A stretch of 61,482 bases of DNA, counting the filler, from Asterionella formosa (lineage: Eukaryota), in NCBI GenBank assembly GCA_002256025.1. It is 11 parts of 11 records of this genome, joined end to end, with 100 filler letters (N's around TTAATTAATTAA, not from the genome) between each part and the next. Parts side by side here need not be neighbours in the genome. Positions count along the whole stretch, not along the records: positions 44,815 to 50,310 come from NKIB01013044.1; positions 50,411 to 55,897 come from NKIB01013046.1; positions 55,998 to 61,482 come from NKIB01013047.1; 8 more parts are not named here. One strand, 5' to 3'. Shown here in pieces: positions 47,856 to 61,162 of the stretch (its first letter is position 1; each line of letters starts with the position of its first letter). The translations under genes were made by a program, and so were the position numbers. The notes beneath the pieces are model-generated. The model was not told the origin of the DNA, did not search any database, and worked only from the letters and a program-made list of their open reading frames with translations.

Positions 47856-50018
47856 TTTTCAACAGTTTTTTCGTAGGAAAATCTGATGATGCGTTTCTGT
47901 CAATTTTAAATAATAGGGTGTGAAACCATTGATCTGGGTCGATTTGGATGCATGGACATCATCATAAACGCATTCCTCAATTTAATGATGGGTGCCGATT
48001 GATGGATTTTGGGCACTGTGGTTAATCTCCTTGAGTTCTAACCTATGATGGTACAGTAGATATTAATCATGGCTGCTTGACATACTTCGTTAGATGGAAT
48101 ATTCCCTACTACAAAACATTAACCTTATAGGCCTGTATACTGCATAGATACAGTGGTGTAGAAATGGTCTGCTTGTATTTGTTTTGGATGCGTGAACATT
48201 CTTGTCAAAAGCATTCCTGAATTCAATAATGCTTAATAATGCTGTTTGATGGAAATCGGTCATTGTGGATCAATACTATCCTTGAATTCCTTTGTCGATT
48301 CTTGTAGTTCGTTCATCTGCTTTTAGCCGATTGTATACTGTGTAGATACAGTGGTGCGGAAACGGTCTTTTTGATTGTCTGCCTGCAAATATACATCATT
48401 CTTCATGGTCAGAGAGGTTGCTTACTAGTGCCTATAGGATCATTGCTGTGATAGTGTTTGCATTGGTTTTCTTGGACGAAATTGTTTATAAAGATTTCAT
48501 TCATAACGTTATGATTTACATATATATTACTTAAATATATTTAAAATAAATAAATTTGGGAAAAATAGGTAATAAATATAGCCAAGTTGTTTTTATGTAT
48601 CGTCTGGGAGCAAAGTACCGGTAGGTACATATCTTTATATATTATACCAAATGATGCAAATATGCAGCCATGATCTGATAGTCACTATCAATTCATTGTA
48701 ATTACACTTTTGATAACCATACAACCAAGATGGTCACATTGAAAAAAACGAATCAAGACTTGCATGACAGAGATGAGCTGCCAATGGAAAAGCTTAGTGA
48801 CTCTATTAACTACTATAGGAATGATGGTCAACCACAAGTGCAAAGAAGGTGATCATTTCATTCTGCTGCAGTGCAGCATTATGAAATCCTTGGTGTTGGA
48901 CTCCTTGCTCTTGGCTAAGATTAGGCAGCAATTAAAATATCATGGATGCTATCAGAGCTTTGATATTATCCCAGGAGTGAATTATTGTCGTAAGTTACCG
49001 AGTGGCCACGTTAGTACCAGTGCACACTTCTTGCAGTAGCTAGGCGGCTTGAACAGATAGTCTGCTCGTTGCCAGCAGGTGCCTTCTAAGAGAAAAGGAC
49101 AGAAAAGATCATCTATGTTTGTTCTTTTAAATTTTGAAAAGTCTTCCTTTACAAATGTGACTTAAATAGGAGGATTGAGGATGGGACAAAGTATAGGCAG
49201 GCAGGTCATGAGCATTCAAATGATGAAGAAATTGCTAAAAGGCATGACATGCATGGATTGAGATCTTGCCAGATTTCTTTCCTTTTCTACTTTTGTATAC
49301 AATTCAGTGGTACTGACAGCTATTGCATTGAATACTTTGAAATACAAAGTAAACAAATGTTCTATTTTCAAACAAGGAAAGGTTTAATGACAATATGCGC
49401 TGGTCATGGTTTCATTCATGGTTTTATATAATCAGACCAAATTTTTTAGAAGGGCCCTGCAAGCAAATTTGTCAGTAATAATTCTATCTCGGAATTGAAA
49501 TCAGATTAGAAAGCTTGGAGGCTGACATTGAAATTGACAAAAACATTGAGAATCTGTGAGGTATGATGGCTAATCATTTTGCGGACTAGATTCATTGTCC
49601 AATGCGCGAAAGTGTGATTTTAGGTAGCTTTAACGGACTAAAAAAGTTAATTTCATTATTATTATTTATTGTTTTAGTAATATCAATCCGTATTGTATTG
49701 TAAGCTACATGAAGTTTATGGTCTATAATATTTTATGCATACGAGAAATGACAAAAATGAAACCTGTCTCATAAATTACACACACATTAATATAATTGCT
49801 GTGATAAAATACATCAGCACGAGACGGTTCTCGTTTGGTTTCTTATCGATGGCGGAGGATTTATAATGTTGTTTGTATAATAATATATGCAGGACGAAAC
49901 TATCGGAATCAAAGATTTGCACTTGCAAATTACATCGCCCTATTTTTCGATGGGACAGCTGTGATAAGTTATATCAATATTCCACTCAAGAATATCATGT
50001 TTCTCTTGAATTGGAGCA

Positions 50019-50310
50019 ATGAACCCCGTCATGAAATCAACCGAAGATCAATCTAGACACCACGAGAAGGAAATCGCAGCATCTCATGGGATCGCGGAGG
50101 CAAGCGAACAGGTTAAAAGCAAGAAGAAATGCTGGTGCCAACAATCGCCCTCAAGTCATTACAACTGGAAGAAATATGCACCTTCTCACTTTAGTATCTT
50201 GCGTTTTGCTAGGTGGCTCATGGTGGGGGGTTCTGCATATTCAAAGGAATCGGATGAAGAACTGCATCACAATTTAGAGTCACTGGCGCGCTGTCTGCTA
50301 CTGCTGCGAA
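50019..50310 (+). CDS. 5' end of a hypothetical gene, cut by the contig end
   Basis: ATG-initiated frame open for 97 codons up to the spacer; family not established. Confidence 0.5.
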
Positions 50311-50792
50311 NNNNNNNNNNNNNNNNNNNNNNNNNNNNNNNNNNNNNNNNNNNNTTAATTAATTAANNNNNNNNNNNNNNNNNNNNNNNNNNNNNNNNNN
50401 NNNNNNNNNNCAACCTACTCGCGCCACCCAGCCTCGAACACATGAACCGGTATACTCGCAGGCATGCGACCACCACGGGCGTGTCTTGCCTTCAGCAAGA
50501 CTTGTTGTTGAGCATACGCACAGCATACGTATGTACTGGAATATACTACGTCAGCCCAACGTCAGCAGATCAGATACCGGTAACATCGTCTCATCACTTT
50601 TAGACGAAAAAATACAAAATACAGTATCATATGCGATTTCAGTTATATAAAACATTTCATTACAGGTACTTGTTTTCCCTCATTGTATGTAACTGACGAT
50701 TTGAATGAAGGTAAAAGGTGGTCTGATACAAACACATCAAAACAAATCACAATTTACCATATAGCTCACCGAGAAATCTAAAAGAATTCAAG

Positions 50793-51959
50793 ATGAAGGC
50801 TGGAAAGCTTCGCACCAGCCGTAACAAAAATACCAAGTGTCGCGCAGGAGTCGTTGACGTGCCTTCTATGATGCCCAAAGATGGACCACCACCCTGCATT
50901 GACGTTCTGAAGTCTAATTGTGACTGCTCTGTAGATTCTTTGACAACGTTGCTTTCGGGTCTATCAAATGTCTCTTGGATTGCAGACGACGAAGATTCAG
51001 AACTTGAATCAGACGGCGACAACCTCGTTCGTAGTTTTGTTCAACGAAGCAAAATCCTTGACCACATTTGTGATGGCAGGAGCAAAGCGTTTCAGCGAAT
51101 GCTCCGCGAGAACGAAGAATTGGTGCGACAGGAAACCTTCAGGTTTTTTGAGAAGAAACTTCAAAATGGTAAAGCAAAGGAAATGGAACATACACAAGCA
51201 TGGCGACCTACTTTGACCTTCATTTTTTGGACTACAGCTGTATTTGACTGCCATAGTACAGTCCGTGCAAGTGTCGTGCTATTGTGCTATTGTGTTGCAC
51301 ATCTTTCCATTTATGAAACAATTTCTTCTCTGCTTTACGAAAATTCGCGAACTGTTAAAAATCAAGATGTTTTGTTTTTTGGGGTCATTCTTTTTGCCCT
51401 TGTCCTTTCCAGACTCTGTGGCGGACTTTGGTCCTTTCTTTCTGAGCAAAACTACCTCGCTACCAAGTTTGATTTGCACAATCGACTTCGATTGCACTTG
51501 TGGGATGCCAAAATTCTCCGATGGTTTATTCATCATCCGAAAATCAAGCTTGCTGCTGATCATCTGGCCTTTTACCTGGCATTTATTGGTGTTTACTACT
51601 TTCAAGTTAAAATCTTAAGCTTATTCGATCAGCGCCAGAGCCTTTTCGCGAAACTACCAAGCGCTCAATATGGCATTAAAACTCTTGTGGCGGAGCGTTT
51701 TCTTGGCCTAAACTATGCTCGCAACGAAACGGATGCTTGTAACAATGACCCTTATTGTAGAATTCATGAATTCCATCGAGATCTATATCATCAAGATGAA
51801 ATCTATGTTTGGAATCATGTCTCGATTAATTCATACGTTGGTTTGATCGGAGATGGTACTTCAAGAGTAGTTTCACGTGAAATCTACACTACATACTATT
51901 TCATTTTGGCCTCTTTGGCGATTGCTTGCATGACTTGGATGGGGTATGATTTTGAGTAA
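50793..51959 (+). CDS. hypothetical multi-pass membrane protein, 388 aa
   Basis: Long ORF with coding-like composition and 4-5 hydrophobic helices; no recognised motif. Confidence 0.75.
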   Translation: MKAGKLRTSRNKNTKCRAGVVDVPSMMPKDGPPPCIDVLKSNCDCSVDSLTTLLSGLSNVSWIADDEDSELESDGDNLVRSFVQRSKILDHICDGRSKAFQRMLRENEELVRQETFRFFEKKLQNGKAKEMEHTQAWRPTLTFIFWTTAVFDCHSTVRASVVLLCYCVAHLSIYETISSLLYENSRTVKNQDVLFFGVILFALVLSRLCGGLWSFLSEQNYLATKFDLHNRLRLHLWDAKILRWFIHHPKIKLAADHLAFYLAFIGVYYFQVKILSLFDQRQSLFAKLPSAQYGIKTLVAERFLGLNYARNETDACNNDPYCRIHEFHRDLYHQDEIYVWNHVSINSYVGLIGDGTSRVVSREIYTTYYFILASLAIACMTWMGYDFE

Positions 51960-53336
51960 ACACATTGAAAGGTGCTCTGGAAACATGTCTGCACAATATT
52001 GTCACAAAAATAATCAACTACTTTCACTAGCCAACTCCTTGTAGTAAATTTTTCCTGACAAACTCTGCGAACAGTTCAACAGTACAAAGCATTGACTATA
52101 TTTGCTTCTTCTAACGCCATCAGTAATTGAAAACCCGGAAAATCTAGAAATTCCTGCTGTGAAAACGCATAAAGTTTTGTTGACGCACTCTCATTTAATG
52201 AATTTAACAAAACGATTTATGCAACCTTACAAGTAAATGAATAATAAATGATTTCGGCTTGGACAAGCTTCAACTGATTGTCAAGTTTTGAAAACTTGAG
52301 AAATCTTGCTTGTAACCATTTGTGCTTCACATAATCTCAATCAACTTTAATCAGAAAAAATTGTCGCATTCCCAAATCAATTCAATTAGCAACAATGCAA
52401 ACTATCCATATAGTGGTAGCATTGTGGTGCTTTGAGATTCAAGAACAATGTGGAATCGCGCACCAATTCTATGGATCACTGTTTCCTTTGCACCCAACAA
52501 TTTAATGGGTAGTTATAGATTTTTACTGCTTGAGACAAAGACATGATATTCCAAAACAAGGGAGTCAAGTTAATGCTATAAATGTTTATTTTAAGCTTTC
52601 CCAGGGTTTGCTTGATCATTTCTTCCATGATGTTTGTCGAACAAAAGGTGAGAAGTAAACTGGACATAGCAAGTGTAATAAAACACATAATTTCGTGCAC
52701 ATACTAGTAGTTGGAGTGTGCCTCCTTTGCGATATGCTATTTCTCAATTTTGACATGAACCGCTCCATGTAGAATGGATTCTTACATCTGTCTTTTTGTG
52801 GTGCACGTATGAAGTCTTGATTCGTCATATTTACAGATAAATTAGCTAAGGTAAATATGAAGACTATGATGTAATGTTTAATTGATGATAATTTCATTTA
52901 ACTTTTCCTTAATCATTCACCATGGATGCTTTACTTACATTGTTGGCAGCACCAAAAGTAAAATTTCCCTCTGATCTTTTTGATACATATAAAGCATTCA
53001 ACTTTCCAATAATTTTCTGTTCCATTAGTTCAGTGCATTAGCCAAGCCCGCCTTCATCTTCAGTGAATCAAATGTCTCTTCAACAGAATTCAGGTTGCAC
53101 TAAGGGGTATTGATGGCTTGAACAGTATATTGATTGAATGAGGAGGATCCTAATCCAGATCACTCAAAACTTTGACATTATGTTTTCGTATTCTATGGAA
53201 AATTGGCACTATTGTTTCAATATTACAAATATGTGACAGGCTGTATATAATTGAATAGGTAGACTTTAATTGCATACCCCAACTTGCTATAGTCCTAGGT
53301 GACTTGCTTTATTTTTTGGGTAGGACACCAGTATTA

Positions 53337-53490
53337 GAGCATCGCCACTATATCGACCAAATATCAAAGCAAATTTAAATTGAAATTGAAATTATCAAAG
53401 CACGGAATTTTTAACATTTTTCTCCACGGCATCGACCAGATCATAAAATAGTCAAATTTCGCCCCCAAATTTTTAGCGAATAGAAATAAA
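53337..53490 (+). mobile_element. family C left-end fragment
   Basis: TTA|GAGCATCGCCACTATATCGACCAAAT...TTTTAGCGAATAGAAA, homologous to 29970-30150. Confidence 0.85.
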
Positions 53491-54092
53491 GTTCATTTTG
53501 GAAATACCCTACTGTTCTAGAATTTTACCAGTATAATGATCTAGCTTGCCATTATAGTGTTATGTAGGAATCTTACAAGAAAACCCTGCATAAATTGTAA
53601 TGGATTGAAGTGCGAAATTCCTCGTTGTGTTGTGTACATAGGCTAGGAACACCACCCAAAATTAGATAATTATCAGCAGTACGCACATCATCACACCATA
53701 ATCACTAAAATTACCACAAAATCTAAAAGTGTGCGACCTCGTAAATCTCATCATGGCTTCAACTCTCGCAAGATCTTACCAAAGAAACATGGTTGTGAGA
53801 GATGGATGATCATTTAGATTAACATGATAGAACCAAAGAACTAAATAAGCAACTTTACCAGGTTCTCTTACCATGATTACCTGTTGCATTCCTTGGGTTT
53901 GGTAAAGAAGGAATCGCTTGCGCTAGGGAGCATGTGATAGTCAGAATAAGAATACCTGGTACCAGCTACCTGGGTTTAAGTGCCCGTCATAATCGTAGTA
54001 TATTTGTCAAGAATTCGTTTGGACCTCGCATATCAATCGCTTCAAGTTCTCATCTGTCCAGTAGTCCTCCTCTTGTTTCAACTCATTTCACA

Positions 54093-55043
54093 GGAAGGTC
54101 CGGTAATCAGCTAATTGCGCGCACTAAAAGCTTAAATTCCACCTAGCGGTTTCGACCTACTTCATTGGAAGTCTGACCGGCTCAGCAAATCCGAAATGAT
54201 GAAAAATCTCGAAATATTTCAATTTATTTAGATTACCTGTAACCGTTGTAAAGTTTCGAACGGATAAGCGCTGCCACCTTTCACAGCAGAATCGCTGACT
54301 ACAAACCTCAACTTGCTGACTGCAGAATTCTTGTTGCTAACTGCTGACTTGATTTGCTGAAAATTTTCGCTGATTGCTGACTTCATTTGCTGACTACTGA
54401 CATGAAACCGCTGACAGCTAACTTCAAGTTGCTGATGTCAAGCAACCTACTTTGTTCTTAGGAAGAGACCATCTACCGGTACCGGTGTACAAGTCGTGTT
54501 TACTTCTCATATTTAAAAAGGATGGAAACATCTTTTCGTTGTTGGGTTACTAAAAGCGATGCCTTCTACGCTCATACTATTGGAGTAACAAAGAGGTACC
54601 TGGTACTCCGTACATAATTAAAAACTGTGAAATAGACATCGATGCCTGAAAAAATGGATTGCTTTCTACTTCTTCATATTCCTACCAATATGTACCGGTA
54701 CTATCATAAAAATGCTGACTTCAACTTGCTGACTACTGATTGCGGATTTTGTTTCGTTGACTGCTGACTTGATTTGCTGAAAATTTGAAAAAATTGCTGA
54801 CTGCTGACTTCTTTTGCTGACTGATGATATGAAATCGCTGACTGCTGACTTAAAGTTCATTTTGACAATAAAATGACTAACGGCTTAATGTCTATGTAAA
54901 CAACTATTTAAGGAATAACAGAGTGGCGCAAAATTTAGGGGTTCGACAATTTTTGGGGTGTACCCCTACCTTTTCTTGTATGTGAATCGATGAACAGAAA
55001 ACGAGCAACCTTCATGCTATGTACGCTGATTACCGGACCTTCC
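54093..55043 (-). mobile_element. MITE-like family M1, copy 2 (inverted)
   Basis: Perfect 19-bp TIR GGAAGGTCCGGTAATCAGC / GCTGATTACCGGACCTTCC; colinear with 1204-2214 but with a shorter internal array. Confidence 0.88.
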
Positions 55044-55997
55044 ATGTGATTGTGGTGACAAAAAAATGTTCAGACACCAAATGAACCTATCAATTGAAAT
55101 ACTTTCTGATACCTGTATATTTAAAAGGTGATGCCAGCTGAATGGAGAAAAAATTAATATAGCTTCTTCATTCCATTTCTTGTTGACAGCAACCTTTGGG
55201 ACTGAATATGGAAGTAATGCAAGCTGATTGATAATTTCAAAAGCACAATCATTATTGGTGAGTATATTAATCACTACAACACCAGAATATTATGTTTGTA
55301 TCTAGCATATTTAGTCCAAAACATGAATTTACTCGATTTAATGTTGACTCTCCGTTCAAAATCTTCCAAACGTTGACTCTCAGGTTTTAGGTGGTACTAC
55401 CTGTTACCGCTTTGTTAGGAGTATCAGTGTTGTACTGGTATACTGTCATTTCCATATTAGAATACGGGACTTTACTGTTCGGTAATTGAATATGGTATTC
55501 CAGTATAGCGGCACTGTCTTTCTGAAAATGTAGCCCGCAGTACTACCGGTATGTGGTGCAATATAATTTCCAGACCTACGGTACCTGGTAGGTGTTGTGA
55601 ATGAGAGTAGTACCGGCAGCTGGTATCATGGGTACGTCCAGCAGACCATTTTCTGTTGGTGGTCCGGGAAAGGACGGGTTAACTTTAAGTAAAAGTATGC
55701 TAAGCAATCATTTCCTAGATTTCATGACGAGGCAGAAGGCACGATTGTCCCACCGCATCCAAGCGGGATGCATACCCCACACTTCATTTATTATCATTAA
55801 TAGCATTGATGCCTTTTGATTTGCACATTGTTTCCATCGAGACACAGGCAAGGATAGAGAAGACATCTTCTGTACCCCTGGAATGTTGCATGCAGCANNN
55901 NNNNNNNNNNNNNNNNNNNNNNNNNNNNNNNNNNNNNNNNNTTAATTAATTAANNNNNNNNNNNNNNNNNNNNNNNNNNNNNNNNNNNNNNNNNNNN

Positions 55998-56469
55998 GAG
56001 GCATTAGTTGAAGTAGCCTGTTTAAAGTTTTAATACGAGCTCCGTAATCCATTACCAACATGGAAAAGGGTTTAGATAAATAACGTAGCATCCATTGTCG
56101 TTGATGTTGAAAACTCTCATTTGGCAAACGATCGTCTAACCATAAAGCCATCGCTTCTTCGAAACTATCGTAAGATTGATCTTCTGGGTGTACTTCCACA
56201 TTCAACCAATCCGATAAGGCAATGTCTGTCAAACACCTTTTAAAATAGGAAAAGGTATCTGCAGGGCTAAAGTCACATGTGTTAGCCATATCACGAAATT
56301 GACTAACTCCAATTAACAATGCTTCCTTTGAGCTTCCATCGATCATATCTTGATCAAACGATTCAAACCTTCCACCGGTTAAAGCAACTCTGAACGTTTT
56401 AGTTTTGATAGTCAATACATTGTAGTCTTTGATCAAAGGAATCACAGGAACCCTTGAATACATTGCCAT
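55998..56469 (-). CDS. retrotransposon gag-like protein (probably Ty3/Gypsy), cut by the contig end
   Basis: FKRCLTDIALSDW...QRQWMLRYLSKPFSMLVMDYGARIKTLNRLLQLMP fits the Q..+M...L.KP..M.V..+..R+..+N..L..+P pattern recalled for diatom Gypsy gags. Confidence 0.65.
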
Positions 56470-57356
56470 GTTTGTTGTCTTCTAATTCGACTCTTTTTGA
56501 ATTCAAAGTGAAGTATCTAACTAGAAGTAGTAGTATTTGTTGAATATATGAGCTTATTAATTAATCCTTATGTATAACTCATTTCCTGAACTGACATCAA
56601 AAGTATAGAATGGGTGTTAGTCGAGTTCTCTCATTATTGAATTCCGATATATTTGACATAACCCCAACTCTATATATATCTGTATCGATGTGCAGGATTG
56701 CTCACCTGGTACCTGGTAGACTATTGACTGTACTTTCGGAGTGATCATGGGGAAAGCTCCTCCTCCAGCCGGATACAAGATTCAATCAATCTTGCAACGG
56801 CCAAAATTTCAACGAAACTTCTGGTACGTGTATAAATCATGTTATATATATATAAAGTCCTGTGGAATAGTACAAATCATCTTCCGGTCGCAATTTTCAA
56901 GACATGAACTATATTTTATTAGGTTCTGAATAAAATGTCTATCATAAAGGAAAATTGGTGGGAAGAAGTTGGCTCGGTGGACGTGATGGTTATACTATAA
57001 TTACACACATATGAAGATGTTATGTAAATATATATTTATATTTATATTTGCAGATCACGACAGCTTATGTACAAAGTTGCACACACCTAAATCTTATATA
57101 TAATACCGGTAGGCAGGCACATGGATCTTTGAGCTCTATTGTTTCATAGTTGTTGTTACCGCCAACATTGAAATTTTCACCGCCAAGCCAGGAGGAGAGA
57201 ATAAAAATATCAAAGCAAGCTAAGCTAAGCAAAGGACAACATGAAATCGTTGTGAATAATATGTATACCAGAAGTGTACCTATTAACAAACCCCCCAACC
57301 CCAGTTTCTTTTCTTCCTTCTTGTACGACACCATCACCACCACCACCACCACCACA

Positions 57357-58274
57357 ATGAGGCATGAAGTATCCAAAAGTGATGATGATAGAACCAAACG
57401 AGCAATGAAGCGAGGAGGAATCATGAGTGACCGAACAAAGCGAGCAATGAAACGATTGAGACGACCCAAACGTTGTGTTGCAATTGCTGAACCAATGGAC
57501 GATCACGACGAGAATGACGACGAGGATGACGACGAGGATGACGAGGACGAGCCTGAGGTGTGGAGATTAGAAGGCGTCAATTATTATTCCTATTTTGATT
57601 ATCTCGAAGCACGATGGGCTAGAGTTGCAAAGATATGGAACATTATTATTATATCCTATTTGAGAGACAATGGGGAAACACCACCACCCAAAGCAGCAGT
57701 AGTAGTAGTAGCAGTCAAGAAGCAGACCAAGCCTCGTCGTCTTGCTCCGGAAACTCCCACTCGAACATCCGCTCGCATCGTTGGCAAAACACCAGAAGAC
57801 GTTGGCGAAGCAATTCTTGACGACGATTTTGAGTATTGTTGTGATCCTGTACAGAAACGACCCAAGCTAACTGCCGCTAAAAGGGAAGTGACAATTGAAT
57901 TGTCAGAGGACCAACGAGCCACCCTGAGCCAATGTGATAATTGGTTGTGTGAGATGGAATCGTTTTTAAGCAGTGTTCCACATGGAAAGATGAACAGAGT
58001 TTGCAGCAGTGACAATGTCCGCCAAGTAATGAAGCAGGTGAAACTGTTGGTGTCGGGATGTGGAATTGGGTACAGACATTGGCCGTCTGATGTTGTCTTT
58101 ATGAAGGGCAACAAGGTTTGCTTGGACGAGGATTTTGATGTCTTGCATGATAGAGCTCAGTGTTTTGAAAATACTCATGGTCATGATCTAGGAAATGGAT
58201 GGTTGTTGAGGCACCCAATTGTGAAGTTAAAGCTCTTTCAGGAGTACATGCATGGCAAAATATCTACTGTTTAG
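57357..58274 (+). CDS. hypothetical protein, probably nuclear (basic and acidic tracts, PTRTSARIVG, C-terminal GNGWLLRHP domain)
   Basis: ORF 57150-58274; ATG 57357 chosen as the likely start; low-complexity N-terminus and a globular-looking C-terminal region of about 100 aa. Confidence 0.7.
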   Translation: MRHEVSKSDDDRTKRAMKRGGIMSDRTKRAMKRLRRPKRCVAIAEPMDDHDENDDEDDDEDDEDEPEVWRLEGVNYYSYFDYLEARWARVAKIWNIIIISYLRDNGETPPPKAAVVVVAVKKQTKPRRLAPETPTRTSARIVGKTPEDVGEAILDDDFEYCCDPVQKRPKLTAAKREVTIELSEDQRATLSQCDNWLCEMESFLSSVPHGKMNRVCSSDNVRQVMKQVKLLVSGCGIGYRHWPSDVVFMKGNKVCLDEDFDVLHDRAQCFENTHGHDLGNGWLLRHPIVKLKLFQEYMHGKISTV

Positions 58275-59318
58275 AGATATCATCATGATGCTGCCTTTTT
58301 TGTGTCAATGTGTTGTTTTCCCCAACACATGAGATGTGAAGAATGACATGGCTAATAGGGAAGCACATCAAACGTTATTTTTACATAGGTAATTCATTAT
58401 GAAAATTGTCTTCTTCGAACATTGACAAAGAAGCCTATTGGTAATCGATGTGGAGCCATCATGTGAGGTCATTCAAATTGGCTACAATTTTCGCTGAAAT
58501 ATGTTAAATATGTACAGATTAGGCTGCAAGTAGACCATGCATTGCGAATGCCAAAAGTGGACAGTGCCATGTTGTAGATATGTGCTGGTATTGATACTGC
58601 CCAGTGGTTTACATAGTCAAATACAAGTAAAGTGTCAAGAGAAAAATATATCCAAGATCATCATCACAATCTCCCCCGTGTAGTGTAAATTGAGGGAATT
58701 GGCAACCCAGGGATCATTGATGCATGAAATGTGGGAAGACATAGTGGGCTGGTGACAAAGAAAAGAGTGGGATGGGAATGAATGCTGCCCCTTTTTATTC
58801 TCTTGTGGGTGTCAAGAGATTGTCCTTTTATACTCAGTACAGAGTAGTGTTTTTGTGGAAGGGGGCCACAGTCAGTCGGAACCTCTGTTCAGAAAGCTAT
58901 GGGGAGTTCAGAAGAGAGAGAGAGAGAGAGAGATACAACAGCAAATGCAGAGACATGGGCAAACTACTGAGGCGCTATTGAATGAATTTACCTGAGGTAT
59001 GTTGTAATATTTCTCTGCTATATTCTATAGTCTAAATTTAGTAACTATGACTGTAATATGCTACATACCGGTCAGCATGTGCTACTTTATACCAGTTGTC
59101 CAATTTGTCAGGGGGGAGTTGAAAGAAATGGTTGTGTATACCAGTTTAAAACTCGCATTTCTGTCAAATAGAGTACTGGTATTCCCCTCAAAATTAAATA
59201 TTGTAAGTGGCCAAATATTTTCCATCTACTTTCATTTTCTGTAACCCCATATGGGTAAATACAAATTAATTGACTGGGAGATGACAGCAACTCCGATGTA
59301 CAAAAAGTCACATACTTA

Positions 59319-61073
59319 GAGCATCGCCACCGCATCGACCAAATACCAAAGCCAATTGCAGTTGAAAATATCAATACACATCACTTGGTTGAGAAATATT
59401 TTATCAATAGTCGAATTTTTCATATTTTTCCCACTGCATCGACCAAATCCTAGAATAGTCAAATCTCGCGCCGAAACTTTTAGCGAATAGAAATAGCACT
59501 AGAATGTTGTTACATGTGTATCGTTATATTAATAAATCCGATTACTGCCAATAAGAAAATGATGGGACACAATGTGTGGTTTGTGGTAGCATACCAGGGT
59601 ACTCATCCATATCTGCCTGATGAAATGAGCAACAATAGCGACTCATCAGATGACGACCGCTCCTACACTTCCGTACATACCAGTTAAACATATACAGGAA
59701 GAAAACGAGAGAAGGCAACCGAAGGAGGAGGCGGAGGATCAAAGGAAGTCGCTTAGCAACTGGTAGTCTGTACCTGTAGTTTTTTGAATAATAGTAGCAC
59801 CACGTTTCCTGTAAATTCCTTAACCTTACGCAGCTACTACTATGCCTACTATCTAAACTGCCCATCAAAAACTAATATGACAATACATTTGTATGTTGGA
59901 ATTCTAGAATAGAAACACCTTCCGTTTTTCCAATTAGCTAGAGTAATAGCCTAGCTTTCTAATCAATCATACTAGCATTGACATGTAATCTATATTATTT
60001 TTCCTTCATTTGGAATCATCTACTACATCAAAATCATCAGTGGTGGATGACAGGTGGGACAGTGGAGTACTGGAAGCACTTGAATTATTGAGATGCAATT
60101 GGAACACACCAAATCCCTCCTTCATTTTGTTCCATTAAACGACATTGCCTTTATTGGCGTAAAACCCTTCGTTAAATGGCACAACTCTCTTGGATACATG
60201 TTTTGAATTCTTCAGCTAATTAATCAACCATCGACACAGTAAACTGTTACACAATATACCCATGGCATAACTTCACATAATGCAGAGCAAAATTGAGCAT
60301 AATGTTGATCTGCAGGCAAGGGAAGAAGATATCGATACTAGCCAGGGACATGCAGCAGTCTGCCAACAATGACACATCACAGTACACGAGGAACAATGCT
60401 GCCTTGATGAGACTCGCACATCGCTATCGATTGTTTCTCTTGACAGCGCCAAAATAATCCATTTTTGGTTTTGTCTGAAACCGACGATGAATCATCCTCA
60501 TTGGCTGCTGCTCCTTCTCCTTCTGCTGCTCCTGCTGCTCCTGCTGCTCCTGCTGCTCCTGCTGCTCCTGCTGCTCCTGCTCCTGCTGCTCCTGCTGCTC
60601 CTGCTGCTCCTGCTCCTTCTCATGTAGCATCCTGCTTTGACAGCAATGGATGACGATGTCTTATTGGGATCGTCAAAGACTCAAAGGACAACATTTTATA
60701 GATAGCTGCCGGTATTATTCAAATGTTTTTGTACTTAAGTTTATTATTTGTCTACATCAAGAGAGTAAGGTAAATGTGTATTGTAAGCGTTTGTGGATCA
60801 ATTAAACAGTTGACGTTATGTTGCCGGCGCGAGCCACAATCTAAACCAATAGAAATGCTCCTTTTATTTGGCTATAGTCGGAGTCTAATTGACCAAATAC
60901 CTGATATTTGGTCGATAAGGGGGTCATCCTCGATCAAGACCAAAGCACATTTGGTCTTGGTCGATGCGGTGGCTAAAATATTTTTGCTTTTTCGACCAAC
61001 ACAACGCATCATGACGTTTAATGACCCGCAACTTCAATTGGCTTGGTATTTGGTCGATGCGGTGGCGATGCTC
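59319..61073 (+). mobile_element. non-autonomous PIF/Harbinger-like element, family C, copy 2 (1755 bp)
   Basis: TTA|GAGCATCGCCACCGCATCGACC...GGTCGATGCGGTGGCGATGCTC|TAA; contains an expanded (GCTCCTGCT)n tract at 60505-60620. Confidence 0.9.
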
Positions 61074-61162
61074 TAAAATATCGATGAAAACCCTGCATTA
61101 ATGGTCATAAAATTTTGAAACAGTCAAATATGTGAAATAACATCGAAGAAAGCAAAACACAA

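Noticed and set aside
60424..60653. EQQ-rich and PAA-rich mini-proteins
   Set aside because: Translations of a 9-bp tandem repeat inside element C whose length differs between copies
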